This document shows positions 1-11,387 of a DNA stretch of 64,000 bases, piece after piece. The notes below the pieces were generated by a model, which worked only from the letters and a program-made list of their open reading frames with translations, did not search any database and was not told the origin of the DNA. Source of the stretch: Rebecca billardiae RCC1528 (taxonomy: Eukaryota; Protista; Haptophyta); contig OZ251239.1 of the NCBI GenBank assembly GCA_965240325.2, forward strand, positions 186,001 to 250,000. Direction: 5' to 3'. Every line of letters starts with the position of its first letter. The stretch's first letter is position 1. The position numbers and the translations under genes were made by a program.

Positions 1-3000
1 GACGAGGACGTGCCCGTGGCGGTCGTGCTCGCGGCGATGACGCCGTGCATGCGGCTGTACGCGTACCTCGGCACGCAGCTGCGCGCCGCGTGCCCGGACG
101 CGTCGCATGCGTACGCGGAGTGGCTCGACGCGTACGCCGCGCCCGAGTTCGGCGCGCTCGCCCGCCGCATCGAGGGGCTGCTCGACCGCGCGGCTGTCGG
201 CGTGCCGCTCGAGCCGATGCGCGCTGCGTACGAGCGCGCGATGCAGCTCGAGCTCGACTTCTTCGACGCGCAGCCCGGCGTCGCGCCGGTGGCCGCGCTG
301 CTCCCGCCCGGCCGCCGCGCGCTGCTCGCCGTCGACTTTGACGAGACCGTCTCCACCGCGCAGACGCTCGAGATCTTGGTCGAGCTCGCCGCGCGCGCGG
401 CCGAGGCGGCGCGCGCGCGCGGCGACGCGCGCGGCGTGCCCGGCGGCGCGCAGGGCGTGCGCGAGAGGTGGGCGGCGCTGGCCGAGCCGTTCGCCGCGGC
501 GTACGCCGCCGCGTTCGACGACGCGCTCGAGCTGCTGCAGCGCGGCGGCGGCGGCAGCGGCGCCGCGCCCGTCGAGCCGGGCGGCGTCGTACTGGGCGTC
601 GCCGCGCTCGAGCGCTTCGTGTCCGACTTCTCGGCGTTCGAGACGTCGGCGGTGGCGCCCGTCTCGTTCGCGCGCGTGCTGCAGGGGATCCCGGAGCCCG
701 AGCTCGTCACGACGGGCGCGCAGATGGCCGAGCTCCGCCCGGGCTTCGCGCCGCTCGTGCGTGCCCTCCTCTCGGACGGCCAGCTGACTAAGCTGCATGT
801 GATCTCAGTCAACTGGGCGTCGCAGCTCGTCTTTGGCTCGGTGGCGCGCGCGCTGGGCGGCGCGGGGCGCGGCGTGCTCAGCGTGCACGCCAACCCGATG
901 CCGGTGGCCCCGCCCCCCGGCGGCGGCGGCGGGCCGCCGCTCACCACCGGCGAGATCGCCACCGAGGGCGGCATCCACTCCGCGGTGGACAAGCGGAGCA
1001 TCTTTAGACAGCTGCTGCGCGCCGAGGCCGAGGCCGAGGCCGAGGCGGGCGGCGGCGGCGGCGGCGGTGGCGGCGGGGCGGCTCTGAGCGTGTACGTGGG
1101 GGACTCGCTGACGGACATCTGCGCGCTGCTCGAGGCGGACGTGGGCGTGCTGATCGGCTCGTCCGGCTCCGTGCGCAAGGCGCTGCGCGCGCTGGGCGTG
1201 TGCGTGCGGCCCATCGTGGGCGCGGCCGTGCGCGCGGCCGCCGCCGCGGACGACGGCGCGCCGTGGCGGCCCAGCCCGGCCTACCGCCCGGGGCAGGGCG
1301 AGGCTCGGCCGCCCGCCGAGCCCGCGACCGTGTACGAGGTGTCGAGCTGGCACGAGCTCCACGCGTGCCTGCGCGGCTGGCGCGCGCTCGCCGAGCTGAG
1401 CGGACGGCCCCTGTTTGTCCTCCCGGGTGCGGGCGCGGGCTTGGAGGGCGGCGGCGCCGAGCTGGGCGGCGCGGCGCCCGGCGGCGGCGCGCCGAGCGGC
1501 GCGGCGGCGCGGCCGCGCGGCAGCACCACGCTGCCCGTCGTGCTCTCGATCGCCGGCTCGGACTCGGGCGGCGGCGCGGGGATCCAGGCGGACCTCAAGA
1601 CGTGCGCCGCGCTCGGCGTGTTTGGCACGACCGCACTCGCTGGGCTGACCGCTCAGAACACGGCCGGCGTGCACGCGATCGAGGCGGTGAGCGCCGAGTT
1701 CGTCACGGCGCAGCTGGAGGCGGTGCTCGGCGACTTTGACGTCGGCGCGATCAAGACGGGGATGCTGCCCTCCGCGGCGGTCATCCGCGCGGTGTGCGCC
1801 GCGCTGGACGCACACGCCGCGCGCGTCGGCCGCTGCCCACCTCTGGTCGTCGACCCCGTCATGATCGCCGCCTCCGGCGCGACCCTCGCCGGCGCGGAGG
1901 CCATGGGCGCCCTCCGGCAGGAGCTGCTGCCGCGCGCGACCGTGCTCACGCCCAACCTGCCCGAGGCGGCGGCGCTGCTCGGCCTCGAGGCGCACGAGGT
2001 GAGCTCGCTCGAGCAGATGCGCTCGGCGGCGGACGCGCTCCGCGCACTCGGCCCGTCCCACGTGCTCGTGAAAGGGGGCCACCTCGGCGGCGGCAGCCTC
2101 GCGGTGGACGTCCTGAGCAGCGGCGGCGGGGCGGGCGGCGGCGGCGGCCCGTCCGCGCTGGAGCTGCCCGCGCTGCGCGTGCCCACGCCCAACGACCACG
2201 GCACCGGCTGCACCCTCTCCACGGCCATCGCCGCGCACCTCGCGCGCGGCGCGAGCGTGCGGGAGGCGGTGCTGGGCGGCAAGATGTACCTGACCTCCGC
2301 GCTCGCCGCCTCCGCCGCGCTCCGGCTCGGCAAGGGCGCGCACGGGCCGATGGATCACGCCTTCGCCACCTCCGCGCTCGCGCGCGTGCGCGCCGAGCCG
2401 CCCGCGACCGCGGCCGCGCGCCTCGCCGCGCGCCGCGCGCGCACGCGCGAGGCGATGGCGCTCTACGCCGTCACGGATGCGGAGCTGAGCGCGCGCGTGG
2501 GGATGGGAGTCGTCGACGCGGCGATCGAGGCGCTGGGCGCGGGCGTGAGCTGCGTGCAGCTGCGCGACAAGCACAACGCGGCGAGGCTCGCGGAGCACGC
2601 GAGCGCGCTGCTGCCGGCCGCGCGCGCCGCCGGCGTGCCGCTCATCATCAACGACCGCGTCGACGTGATGTGCGCGCGCGCGCGCGCGCCCACGGCCGAC
2701 GCGCGGCGCGCTCGCGCGCTCGCGCGCTCGGCACACGCCGCCTGTCCACCTCGGCCCTCGGCCTCGGAGGCCCCCCGGCTCTGCCCTCCCGCGCGCGCGT
2801 ACTCACGCAGCCCGCTCCGCGCCCCTGCGCCCGCGCGCGCTCTCCTCTTGCCAGGCTCGCCACGGGCGCGGACGGCGTGCACGTCGGCCAAGAGGACTTA
2901 CCCGCACGCGCCGCGCGCGCTCTGATAGGCCCGGACAAGCTGCTCGGTGCGCGCGCGCGCGCGCCGCGGCGGCGTTGCGCGCCCTGCGTGCAGCCTGCCT

Positions 3001-3449
3001 GTGTGCGCAACTGCGCGGCCCAGCTCACCGCCGCGGCTGCGCGCGCCGTCGTGCGCGCACGCGTGCTCTCTCGTGCCGCCCGCACCGCCCGCACCGCAGG
3101 CGTCTCGGTGAGCGGCTCGTTGGACGACGCGCGGCGCGCGCTCGCCGACGGCGCCGACTACGTGGGCGTCGGCGCGATGTTTGCCTCGCCCACCAAGCCG
3201 GACAAGCAGGCCATCGGCCCGGCCGCGCTCGGGCCGATGCGCGAGGTGGTCGGCGAGCTGCCGATGGTGGCCATCGGCGGGATCGACGCGACCAACGCGG
3301 CCGCGTGCATCGAGGCGGGCGCGGACGGGGTCGCGCTCGTCTCCGGGGTCTTTGGCAGCACGGAGGTGAAGGCGCGCACCGCCGCTCTCCGCGCGCTCGT
3401 GGATGGCGCGCTCGGCGCGCGACGTGGCGGCGGCCAGCACAAGCCGTAG
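1..3449 (+). CDS. Multifunctional thiamine biosynthesis/salvage fusion: TenA + HAD TMP-phosphatase-like + ThiD (HMP/HMP-P kinase) + ThiE (TMP synthase); 5'-partial; exons <1-2669, 2855-2946, 3100-3449
   Basis: TenA motifs [12 protein letters not shown]...Y and [11 protein letters not shown] motifs DFDETVS, ISVNW and YVGDSLTD. ThiD motifs [36 protein letters not shown] and HGTGCTLS. ThiE motifs [31 protein letters not shown] and AIGGI. GT-AG introns 2670-2854 and 2947-3099 restore the frame ([12 protein letters not shown]; LLG-VSV). Confidence 0.93.
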
Positions 3450-3636
3450 GCAGCGCATTTAGCAGCAGCGCCCGCCTTGAGATCGGCACTATGATGGGCG
3501 ACTAGCTGAGCGCCACCGTTGCGGCGGGCGTTGCGCTGAGAGTACTAGAGCGAGCGCTAGCTGATGCTCAGAGCCTCAGTCGAGTATTATATATACATAC
3601 TATATATACACTATTAGCAATAACTGAGTGTCTGCT

Positions 3637-3752
<116 letters not shown>

Positions 3753-4040
3753 GCCGAGCCGCGCAGGGCGGCGCCCGCAGGGTGCATCTGATCTCAGAGT
3801 GAGTGACGAGTGATCGATCTGTGCTCGAGCGTCGGGGACGAGCTGAGCAGCAGAGCAGCTCCCCGACGCTCGAGCACAGCGACTCAGCGAGTGTGAGCGT
3901 CAGAGCGAGTCGTCGATGCAGCGATCGACTAGCTGAGCCGCTAATGTTGCGCTGATGAGTAACGGCTGACGCAAGGCGGCGCAAGGCGCAGGAGGGCGCC
4001 AGGTCGGCCTCTCCCGCGCCCGGAACGAACTACAGCCCCG

Positions 4041-6005
4041 CGTCTGCATAACGCTGTACGGCGCCGGCTCCGCGGGCACTCATCATTCATCAATCCGGCA
4101 ATAATCCCACATCCGCGCCCGCAACACCGTGCGGCGTGCCCCGTGGGCGTGTGCGCCCCGCGAGCACTGGGCACTGGCCCTCGCCATCGACAGGTTGCAC
4201 GGAAAAATGACCGCCCGCGACTGACAGATGTTACATTCCCAGTGGACGCGACCTGTCCACCCGTCTTTCGGTACATGGCGCCGTCGCCGTGCGCCCGGAA
4301 GCGGCGCGCGCTCTCGCGCGCTGCACGATGCCCGCTGTTGCGGGTGCAGCGCGCCACTCCGCGCCTCGATCGGCCTCTTCCTGCTTGAGTAGCATGTACC
4401 GAAAGTCAACCACCCTTGAGCTCCAATCGCGACATCGCGCAGCCGCGCGGCACGTTCGCGCGGCATCTGAGTCACAGAGGGCAGCAGAGCAGGCCGTCTC
4501 AGCCTGGAAGAGTCCCAGGCCCGGTGTGAAGAGACGTAGCAATGCAAGGTGGATACGTGCCGTGCACGTCGCAGTCTGGCTGCACACGACGTTCGCAGCC
4601 TACGACTCGCGCGTGCGTGCTTGCGCTCGGCCACGTCCATTCATCAGCCGTGCGTGTATTGGATGGAGCGCGCGCGCGACTGGTCTTGCACATCACGTCG
4701 CGCAGCAACAGTCGCGGGAAGAGACACGCGACACTCATAGTATGCGACAACTTTGCAATGTTCATCCAGCGCGTGTTGGTGAGGTTCGAAAAGCTGGCGG
4801 CGGCTACCTCTCAACCGCTCGGTTGCACTTGATGGTGCATGCGCGCCGGCCGGAGCGCTGAAGTGTCAGAGTCGTGGCATGCTCGAGGCTCTTGGATGAG
4901 GAGACGGCCGCTACGCAGTCTATCTATGTCGTCAGCATGAAGAACGGCATCCACGCACGACGCCTCGCGAACGCACACCTGCTTCCGCGCTGTGACACGC
5001 ATCGACAAGAACCGCTCAGCAGGCTGACGAGGCACCACGCCTCACTCACGCCCAAGAACAGCAGGGCGAGTGCTAAGAAGCGGGCGAAGGAAGCTGTCGC
5101 TCGCTGCGGCAAGGACGCTCTCACTGTATGAATGTCATTGAGCCCTACATAGCCTTCTTTGTCTCGCGTGAGCTCAGCATCAAGGGTGAGGCGCGAGGTG
5201 TTGCGCAGACGGTCGCACAGGCTCACGTAGACAGCTCGATGGTGATGATCGAGAGCTTCTATCAAGTGTTCAGATGCAGAGCGCGTGCGTACACCGAGCA
5301 GGAGCTGACGACCTACATGGTATCTATGCCACGCGTGGATCTCCCCGCCGGCCCACAAGTCGCTGACGACTTATTGTCGAACTCGAATGCTCGCGCGCGG
5401 CATTGCGGGCGAAGGCTGCACTCGGGCGACGAGCTCGGTCCGATCATGACGGTTTGCCATACTGCGCGTGGTGACGGGCGTTGGGCTCGAGACGGATGGC
5501 GCGGGCGGTGTGACGCAGATAGAGCTGGGCGTGTGCGCTCGCTCCGAGACGCGTCGAAGGGAGGACTGTCTCCAGCTGCCTGATGATCCTGGACGAGAGG
5601 GTGATGCTGCCGTGGCTGTTTGCCGTCTCACGCGACGTGTGATGGGATGATGACAGTCACTGCCGACGGCGAGGGGGTCCCGGCTGTGCTAGCTCAAGGG
5701 ATGTAGCGCACGCGGACAAGTCCTGACGACACGCGCATTCAGCTAGTCATGATGCGGGGCTGCATCGACACGCGAGGCGCGCGCCACCCACGAGCGGCGA
5801 GTGGGCGGGCGCCATCCTTCAGAGGCGCCGTCTCTCAGAAATGTAACACCAAGGACAGTTTCCTGTGCAACCTGTCCATCAGTGGCAGGAGCCGCTCGCC
5901 ATTGTCAGGACGCGGCGGCGGTTCATCATCAGGGCGAACCCGGCCGGAGTCGCCGATCACAAGGCGGTACAGTCAGTACAATAAGAGACGCACACAGCTC
6001 AGGCA
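4041..6005. mobile_element. Degenerate inverted-repeat element with decayed internal coding sequence
   Basis: GACAGGTTGCAC.GGAAA...TGTTACATT (~4189-4237) is mirrored by AATGTAACA...TTTCCTGTGCAACCTGTC (~5840-5876). The right end AATAAGAGACGCACACAGCTCAGGCA recurs at 25800-25825. The interior is broken into short ORFs. Confidence 0.45.
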
Positions 6006-6080
6006 ACAGTAGTACGTACGACTGCATATTATTATTTAGTTATATATATATGTAGAATAATAATAATAAAAGTTAAAACT

Positions 6081-7614
6081 GTGCCCTGGCGGGCGGGGGG
6101 GTCGGCGGGCCGTGCCAGTGCTGTCGCAATGTTTCCTCTGCGGGTTCGCGTCTTTCCACAGCATTCGCTCGTGGCCGTGGGTGACGGACAGGCTTCGGAC
6201 CAGTGACACCTGTGAAGTTCTCCCACTCACGTCACACGACCACGTCGGTACACGTCTGGCGTGCGCATCATCAGCGAGGCCCACACCCACGAGGGAATGT
6301 GCAGCACGCGGGGCGGGGCGGGTAGCCCGTTGCTCCGCGCGAGCGCGGGTACGCGCTGTGTGTGCCGCATCTCGACCGCGATGGCGTAATTGAGCGCCTC
6401 GCCGCCAACGAAGCTGCCGCGCCAGAGTAGATGATGTGCATGCATGTCCTCCTGCTGCAAGCCGAGAGCGGTCGTCGCGAGGATGCTTGCCGATGTCCGC
6501 TCCGGGCATCATGGGCTCGGCGCAGGTCGCGTTTGCATCGTACACGGCCGCCACGCTGAGCACGAGCGCGTTGACGTTCACGCGGTCGTCGCTCTTCGCA
6601 TCTTCGACAGGTCTGGCGTCCGCGTGTTCGGCGGCACGAGGAGCTGTTGGTTGTGCGCGCGAGCGCGCACAGCGACAGCGTGTGCCTCGCGATCGAGAGT
6701 GGGCACGAGCTGCTCACGCAAGCACACGAATCGCAGCGCATCCGTCACCGGCGTGACGACTTCCGCCTCGTCCCGCAGCGCCTGCGCCATGCACGAGGAT
6801 GGCGCGGCGATGTTGCATGCTCGATGAATCATCTCTCTGCGGATGGTATCACGGGCTTGTCTGTGTCGCGCTGCGGCGAGGGTCGCCAACTCGCAAAGGC
6901 ACGGTTGCTGCCACGGCGACAGACCCGGAAGGTGCGTCCGCTGCGCGTCGTACGCCGTTGGCGCTGCGCTTCCGTCGCATTGGTCACCGTCGACGCCATG
7001 CAGGCCGGACGTGGGCTTCGGCTGAGGGACCGCGACAGATAGTCCGGTGCGCGGATTTCCGGATTCCGGCGATCGAGTTCAGAAGGCCGCGCCAAATCTT
7101 GCGTCGCGTGCGATGGCGCTTCCCGCCCGCGAGACACCTCGTGTTGAGTGCGTTTCCGCACCGAGCCCGACGCGCGGCGGTGGATCGCGCGAGGCGGCCA
7201 TCGTGCGCAGCGCCTGATGCTATGGCCGGTGCGAGCGCTCGACGTGCAAGTCGGGCGAGAACCGCCCCAGGTCGCACGATCGTGGCGACGCGCGGGGCGT
7301 GCCTCCAGACGCGTTGACTTTGGCCCCCGTTCGACCTGCACGCGAGACGACGAGGGCAGCAATCGCGAATCGGGCGAAAACACGTCTCGGGAATCCTCGC
7401 GCGATGTCCGCGCCGGCGTTGGATTTGGCGCGCGCCGCCCATGCGCTCCGCGCCAACCGCTAACTCTTTTTCGGCCGAGCGTCCCCAGTGGGAGCTGCGA
7501 GGGCGCCCGGTAGTGAGCGAGGCGATTTTCTTTTCTTTGCGAGGCGATTTTCTTTTCCTTGTCTTTTTTTTTACCCGGGCACTACAAGGGGCGGACCTAC
7601 CGGTACGGCCCGCC
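6081..7614 (-). mobile_element. Dispersed ~1.5 kb non-autonomous DNA element, copy 1 of 3
   Basis: Closely similar to 16637-18065 and 45300-46590. Imperfect inverted repeat GGCGGGCCGTGCCAGT (6104-6119) / ACCGGTACGGCCCGCC (7599-7614). Frameshifted minus-strand coding remnant. Confidence 0.85.
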
Positions 7615-7745
7615 ATAATCATGCGATTTTATACCGTTACCGATCGGTACCGAGCTACCGATCTGATTCCACCCACGACGTTATTTTAAACGTAAACGTT
7701 GTCGTCGATCGTCAGTCGTCGGTCCCCCGATGAAGACTCCCCTTG

Positions 7746-9041
7746 ATGGCGCCGACGGGCGAGCGCCGCACCCGGTTTGATGTAGTGATGCTGGTGCTTC
7801 TGTCCTGTGCCGGTTTGGGGTCTACGAGCACAGTCGTGGCGTCTGGGTCGTCAGCATGCACGCTGGCCAACATCACCGGCGTGCTCGCACCCGGAAGCTG
7901 GGCCCTGCGACAGTACGTGTCATCTGTCTATGGTCACCAATCTCTGGGGTCCGAGGCGAATGAACGAGACGAGCGGTTCGCGCACCGTCTGGCGCACGAG
8001 GTGGAGGTGATCTGGCTCGCGTACCTGCCCCCGCCCTTCGTGGAACGCTGCACATGGCCAACTGAGCTCCCCGCCCACGGCTCGCCCGACGGGCAGCTGT
8101 ACATGCCCGGGATCCATTACCTCCAGCCTGCGTACACCGTTTTTGTGTATCGAAGGCGCACAACGTGTCGGGCCGAGGTGCGACGACGATATGGCAACCA
8201 GACGGCCACGCCTCGTGTGCTGTCGTTTGGGCTTCCTGTCAGCGGTGCGCCGGATATGACCATCGCGCCGCTGTCGCATGCCTCTGCAGCAGGCCTCGTC
8301 AACGACGACGGCGCCGTCGAGGTGCTGCACATGGTCTACGGCCATACGCTGGAGACAATGGGCATGTGGATGTACAGGGCACCTGGTTCCGGCCTCTGGT
8401 ACAAGCCACGCGGAGAAGTGGCTTCAGCGTACGAGCACGCATCTTTGTTTGCGTACTTCCACTACATGCACGACACGTGGGAAGTGGCCGAGAAGGAGCT
8501 GGCCAAGCGGCGGCTTGCATTATTGCACGCCCTGGGAGCCAAAAATGTGTCCACAGTCACGTTCAGCAACCATTGCGAGACTAGCGTGGATGGAGTGTGC
8601 GCTCCGTTCGTGAGGGAACTGGTACATGTCGGGGCTGTGTCCCCATGCAAGGAGGGCACTTTCAGATGGGGCGCCGCAGCTGAGCACCGCTGCACCTGTG
8701 CTCTCAGCGCTCCAGGCGGAAGCAGCGGCCGCGGCGTGCTCATGCAGGCTGATGGCGTGGCAGCCACGATCATAGGCGCAGCACACGCAGTACGGGTCCA
8801 GCATGTTCAGTCCACCAAAGCACGCAGGCGCGCCCAGCTGCATGGCCTGCCTCTTCTCGGATGCGCTGGGCGCGCGCCAGCCCTCACTGTCGCCAGGGGC
8901 ATGCTCAAGTGGCACGCTCGGGAGGGCACGCTCCCTGGGAAGCTGCTAGGCTCGATCCTACCGCCACAGGCACAGCAGCGCAACGGCAGTGTGCTTAGCG
9001 CCGATCCAGGAAGCTGGCTGTGGCATAGGAAAGCCTGCTGA
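7746..9041 (+). CDS. Predicted secreted protein of unknown function (VEVxH...GxWxYxAxGSGxW motif)
   Basis: 431-aa ORF from ATG 7746 with a hydrophobic N-terminus (VVMLVLLSCAGL), Cys/Trp/Tyr-rich composition and the motif VEVLH...GMWMYRAPGSGLWY. Confidence 0.7.
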   Translation: MAPTGERRTRFDVVMLVLLSCAGLGSTSTVVASGSSACTLANITGVLAPGSWALRQYVSSVYGHQSLGSEANERDERFAHRLAHEVEVIWLAYLPPPFVERCTWPTELPAHGSPDGQLYMPGIHYLQPAYTVFVYRRRTTCRAEVRRRYGNQTATPRVLSFGLPVSGAPDMTIAPLSHASAAGLVNDDGAVEVLHMVYGHTLETMGMWMYRAPGSGLWYKPRGEVASAYEHASLFAYFHYMHDTWEVAEKELAKRRLALLHALGAKNVSTVTFSNHCETSVDGVCAPFVRELVHVGAVSPCKEGTFRWGAAAEHRCTCALSAPGGSSGRGVLMQADGVAATIIGAAHAVRVQHVQSTKARRRAQLHGLPLLGCAGRAPALTVARGMLKWHAREGTLPGKLLGSILPPQAQQRNGSVLSADPGSWLWHRKAC

Positions 9042-9653
9042 CGATGGCGAGTGCCGACTGCGGCCCGCGAATAAACTGCGGCTCGGACACGGGCCGGCCG
9101 CTGCGCCCGCTGCCCCGCTCACTAGCGGCCCGCTGGCACGGGAACGCGGACGGAACATAAGTGATGCTGTACAGTGCATGCATATATATATCATCATCAT
9201 GCAGCATGGGCTTCATGCTCAGACCCGCGAATTGAACACTACTGCTAAGCGGTCACAGGCTCAGTCAATTCCCGCCAATAATTCAATTCGACGCTCCAGG
9301 GCCGAGTCTGAATAACCGTAGCAGTCGCGAGTAGTATATATACCCAATACCGACTGCTGCTCAGTCTCACTGAGTGCTGCGCTGAATGAATGAGTCACGC
9401 GGAATATCGGACCATGCAGCATGCTGGCTCGTCATCACTTATTTATATCGCGTCATCATCATTCATCATCATCAGCATCTGATCGAATCATCGATGCATG
9501 ATCTGCCGAGATCTGCGCGCTGATCGCGCGGCGCGCTTATTGGGCATACAGCATCATCATCGTGAGTCCGACTTCGTTGTGTCTTCGTCGTCGCCCCCAG
9601 TCGACAGTCGTTGGACCGTCGTCCTGCAATAATAACGGTGATGATGATATGTC

Positions 9654-9660
<7 letters not shown>

Positions 9661-9716
<56 letters not shown>
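9661..9716. repeat. (TA)n microsatellite
   Basis: Perfect TA run. Confidence 0.97.
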
Positions 9717-9717
<1 letters not shown>

Positions 9718-9744
9718 CTACGCCTACGGCCTACTGCTGACACT

Positions 9745-11274
9745 CCGTACCGGACTTGTCTAACTTACATACGGTGACCGCTACCGGACTGACTGACTAC
9801 GTAACGTCAAAAAACCCGCCGCCATTATAATAATATAATAATTTATTTACAATCCGTTTTTCGCCTATATATATATATAACGTCAGTTTGAACCGGCGTA
9901 GGTCCTGGGAGTCACGCTAACAGTGGCTCGACATGCAGAGAGCCTAGGTACACCCCAGCACGCGCCTGAGGCATTGGCGCCCGAGCCCACCGGCGTCACC
10001 GCTCCAGCCGCTCTCGCGCACGCGTGCGTCGCACGTGTCCGACACCGACGAAAGGACCCCCATAGGCCCATTGTGAGAAATCACAGTGATCAGGCTCAGG
10101 AGGGCTGCCACGGCTTCCCTTTCGCCATCGAAGCCATCGGTGGCGTACCACAACTGTATAGCAATGTGCTCGAATGGTTCCTGCGCGGAGTTGATGCCAT
10201 AGGCTGCTCTGCATGCCTGACGGTTGCGACGCGCGTGTAGCTTGCGACGTTGCTCGTTCAGTCGTCGGGCATGCTGACGCTCACGTCACTGCTTCGGATG
10301 GGCACATTTTTGTGGTCTCGACCTCGATCGCTGACACGGTCACAAACAGTCGATCCATTGCCCACGCGTTGGCGCTCGGCTGTGGGTCGTCGATCATCCA
10401 GGCACCACCACTGTTGCGCGCGCGAGCGCATCCTGTCGTGCATGCCGTCCAGCGCCTGTGCTGAACACCTTGATCGCGCAAGCTGCCATGGCACGTCGGC
10501 GGGTCAGACAGAGCCCTGCGCGGCAGCCGGGATAACCAGCGCGACCAATCACCTTCGTCTCGCGATTCGCCGCCGTGTGTCCATCCTTATCCATGGGATC
10601 ACCTTCTCACGCGCCGCCACATCCGCGTCGCGGAGTGATGCGTACCGCCGGTGTGCGGATGAGCACCCAGAGCAGCTGCAGACGATCACCCTTGCGTCAC
10701 ATCATCATCTTATTGGGCCTGAGTGCCCATCCGCTCCATCCGCCGTCACTCCCAACGCCATCAGGGTTAACCCGCGGCTCGCGGCCGCCTCTCGTGGGCC
10801 CAAGCACCCTGAAAGTGCTGGGTCTCTGGTGTCGTTTGGCAGCCATGCGTCGGTCGGCGAGGCATTGGCCTGGCGAGCTACCGGCTTGGTCGTCGATTCC
10901 CCACGTCTTGGCGGGTTGTCCGATCGAAGCTTGCCACGGCGAGGTTTTGTTCGGCGGCTAGAGGCCAGAAACTTCCGATTTTTTGCTCTGAAACCTCAGA
11001 TCTGCTCACAAAAATGGCGGGCTCACGGCCGATGGCGACGGAGTTGGCGGTGGCGCTACTGGGCTTTCTGAAGCGCCTATGCGTGGGGCATCTAGTGCTC
11101 ACTGGGGACCATGTGGCTGCAGTCATCCCTTCGGCGACTATGCACGCATAAGTGCCGATTTCTCACAATGGGGGCGGTCTTCTTATTATTAATTATATAT
11201 ATTAAAATGGGGGTAGCTAGTTTATGACGTTACCGTACGTACGACTCGGTCTAGCTAGCTGTACGCCGGTACGG
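9745..11274. mobile_element. Element bounded by degenerate AT-rich inverted repeats (outer member of a nested pair)
   Basis: CCGTACCGG (9745) / CCGGTACGG (11266); GTAACGTCA (9801) / TGACGTTAC (11225); CCATT.TAATA.TATAATT-like arms mirrored. Confidence 0.5.
10067..11172. mobile_element. ~1.1 kb non-autonomous element with perfect 16-bp TIR
   Basis: CCCATTGTGAGAAATC (10067-10082) and its exact reverse complement GATTTCTCACAATGGG (11157-11172). No recognisable intact ORF inside and no clear TSD. Confidence 0.65.
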
Positions 11275-11387
11275 TACGCGCGCTGCATCATGCAATATGA
11301 TATATATATATATAGCTGACTACGACCGGACGAGGCTGTCGCGCTGACGACGACGATATATATATATATATATATACATATATATCA

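Noticed and set aside
805-2736. Long antisense and alternate-frame ORFs (also 32425-34326 and 59344-61677)
   Set aside because: Arg/Ala-rich shadow ORFs caused by high GC codon bias opposite real genes.
2670-2925. Programmed frameshift in ThiE
   Set aside because: Fully explained by a canonical GT-AG intron.
5980-6005. Tn5/Nextera mosaic-end contamination (ATAAGAGAC)
   Set aside because: Only 9 bp match. The flanks differ from AGATGTGTATAAGAGACAG, and the longer 26-bp motif recurs as a genomic repeat.
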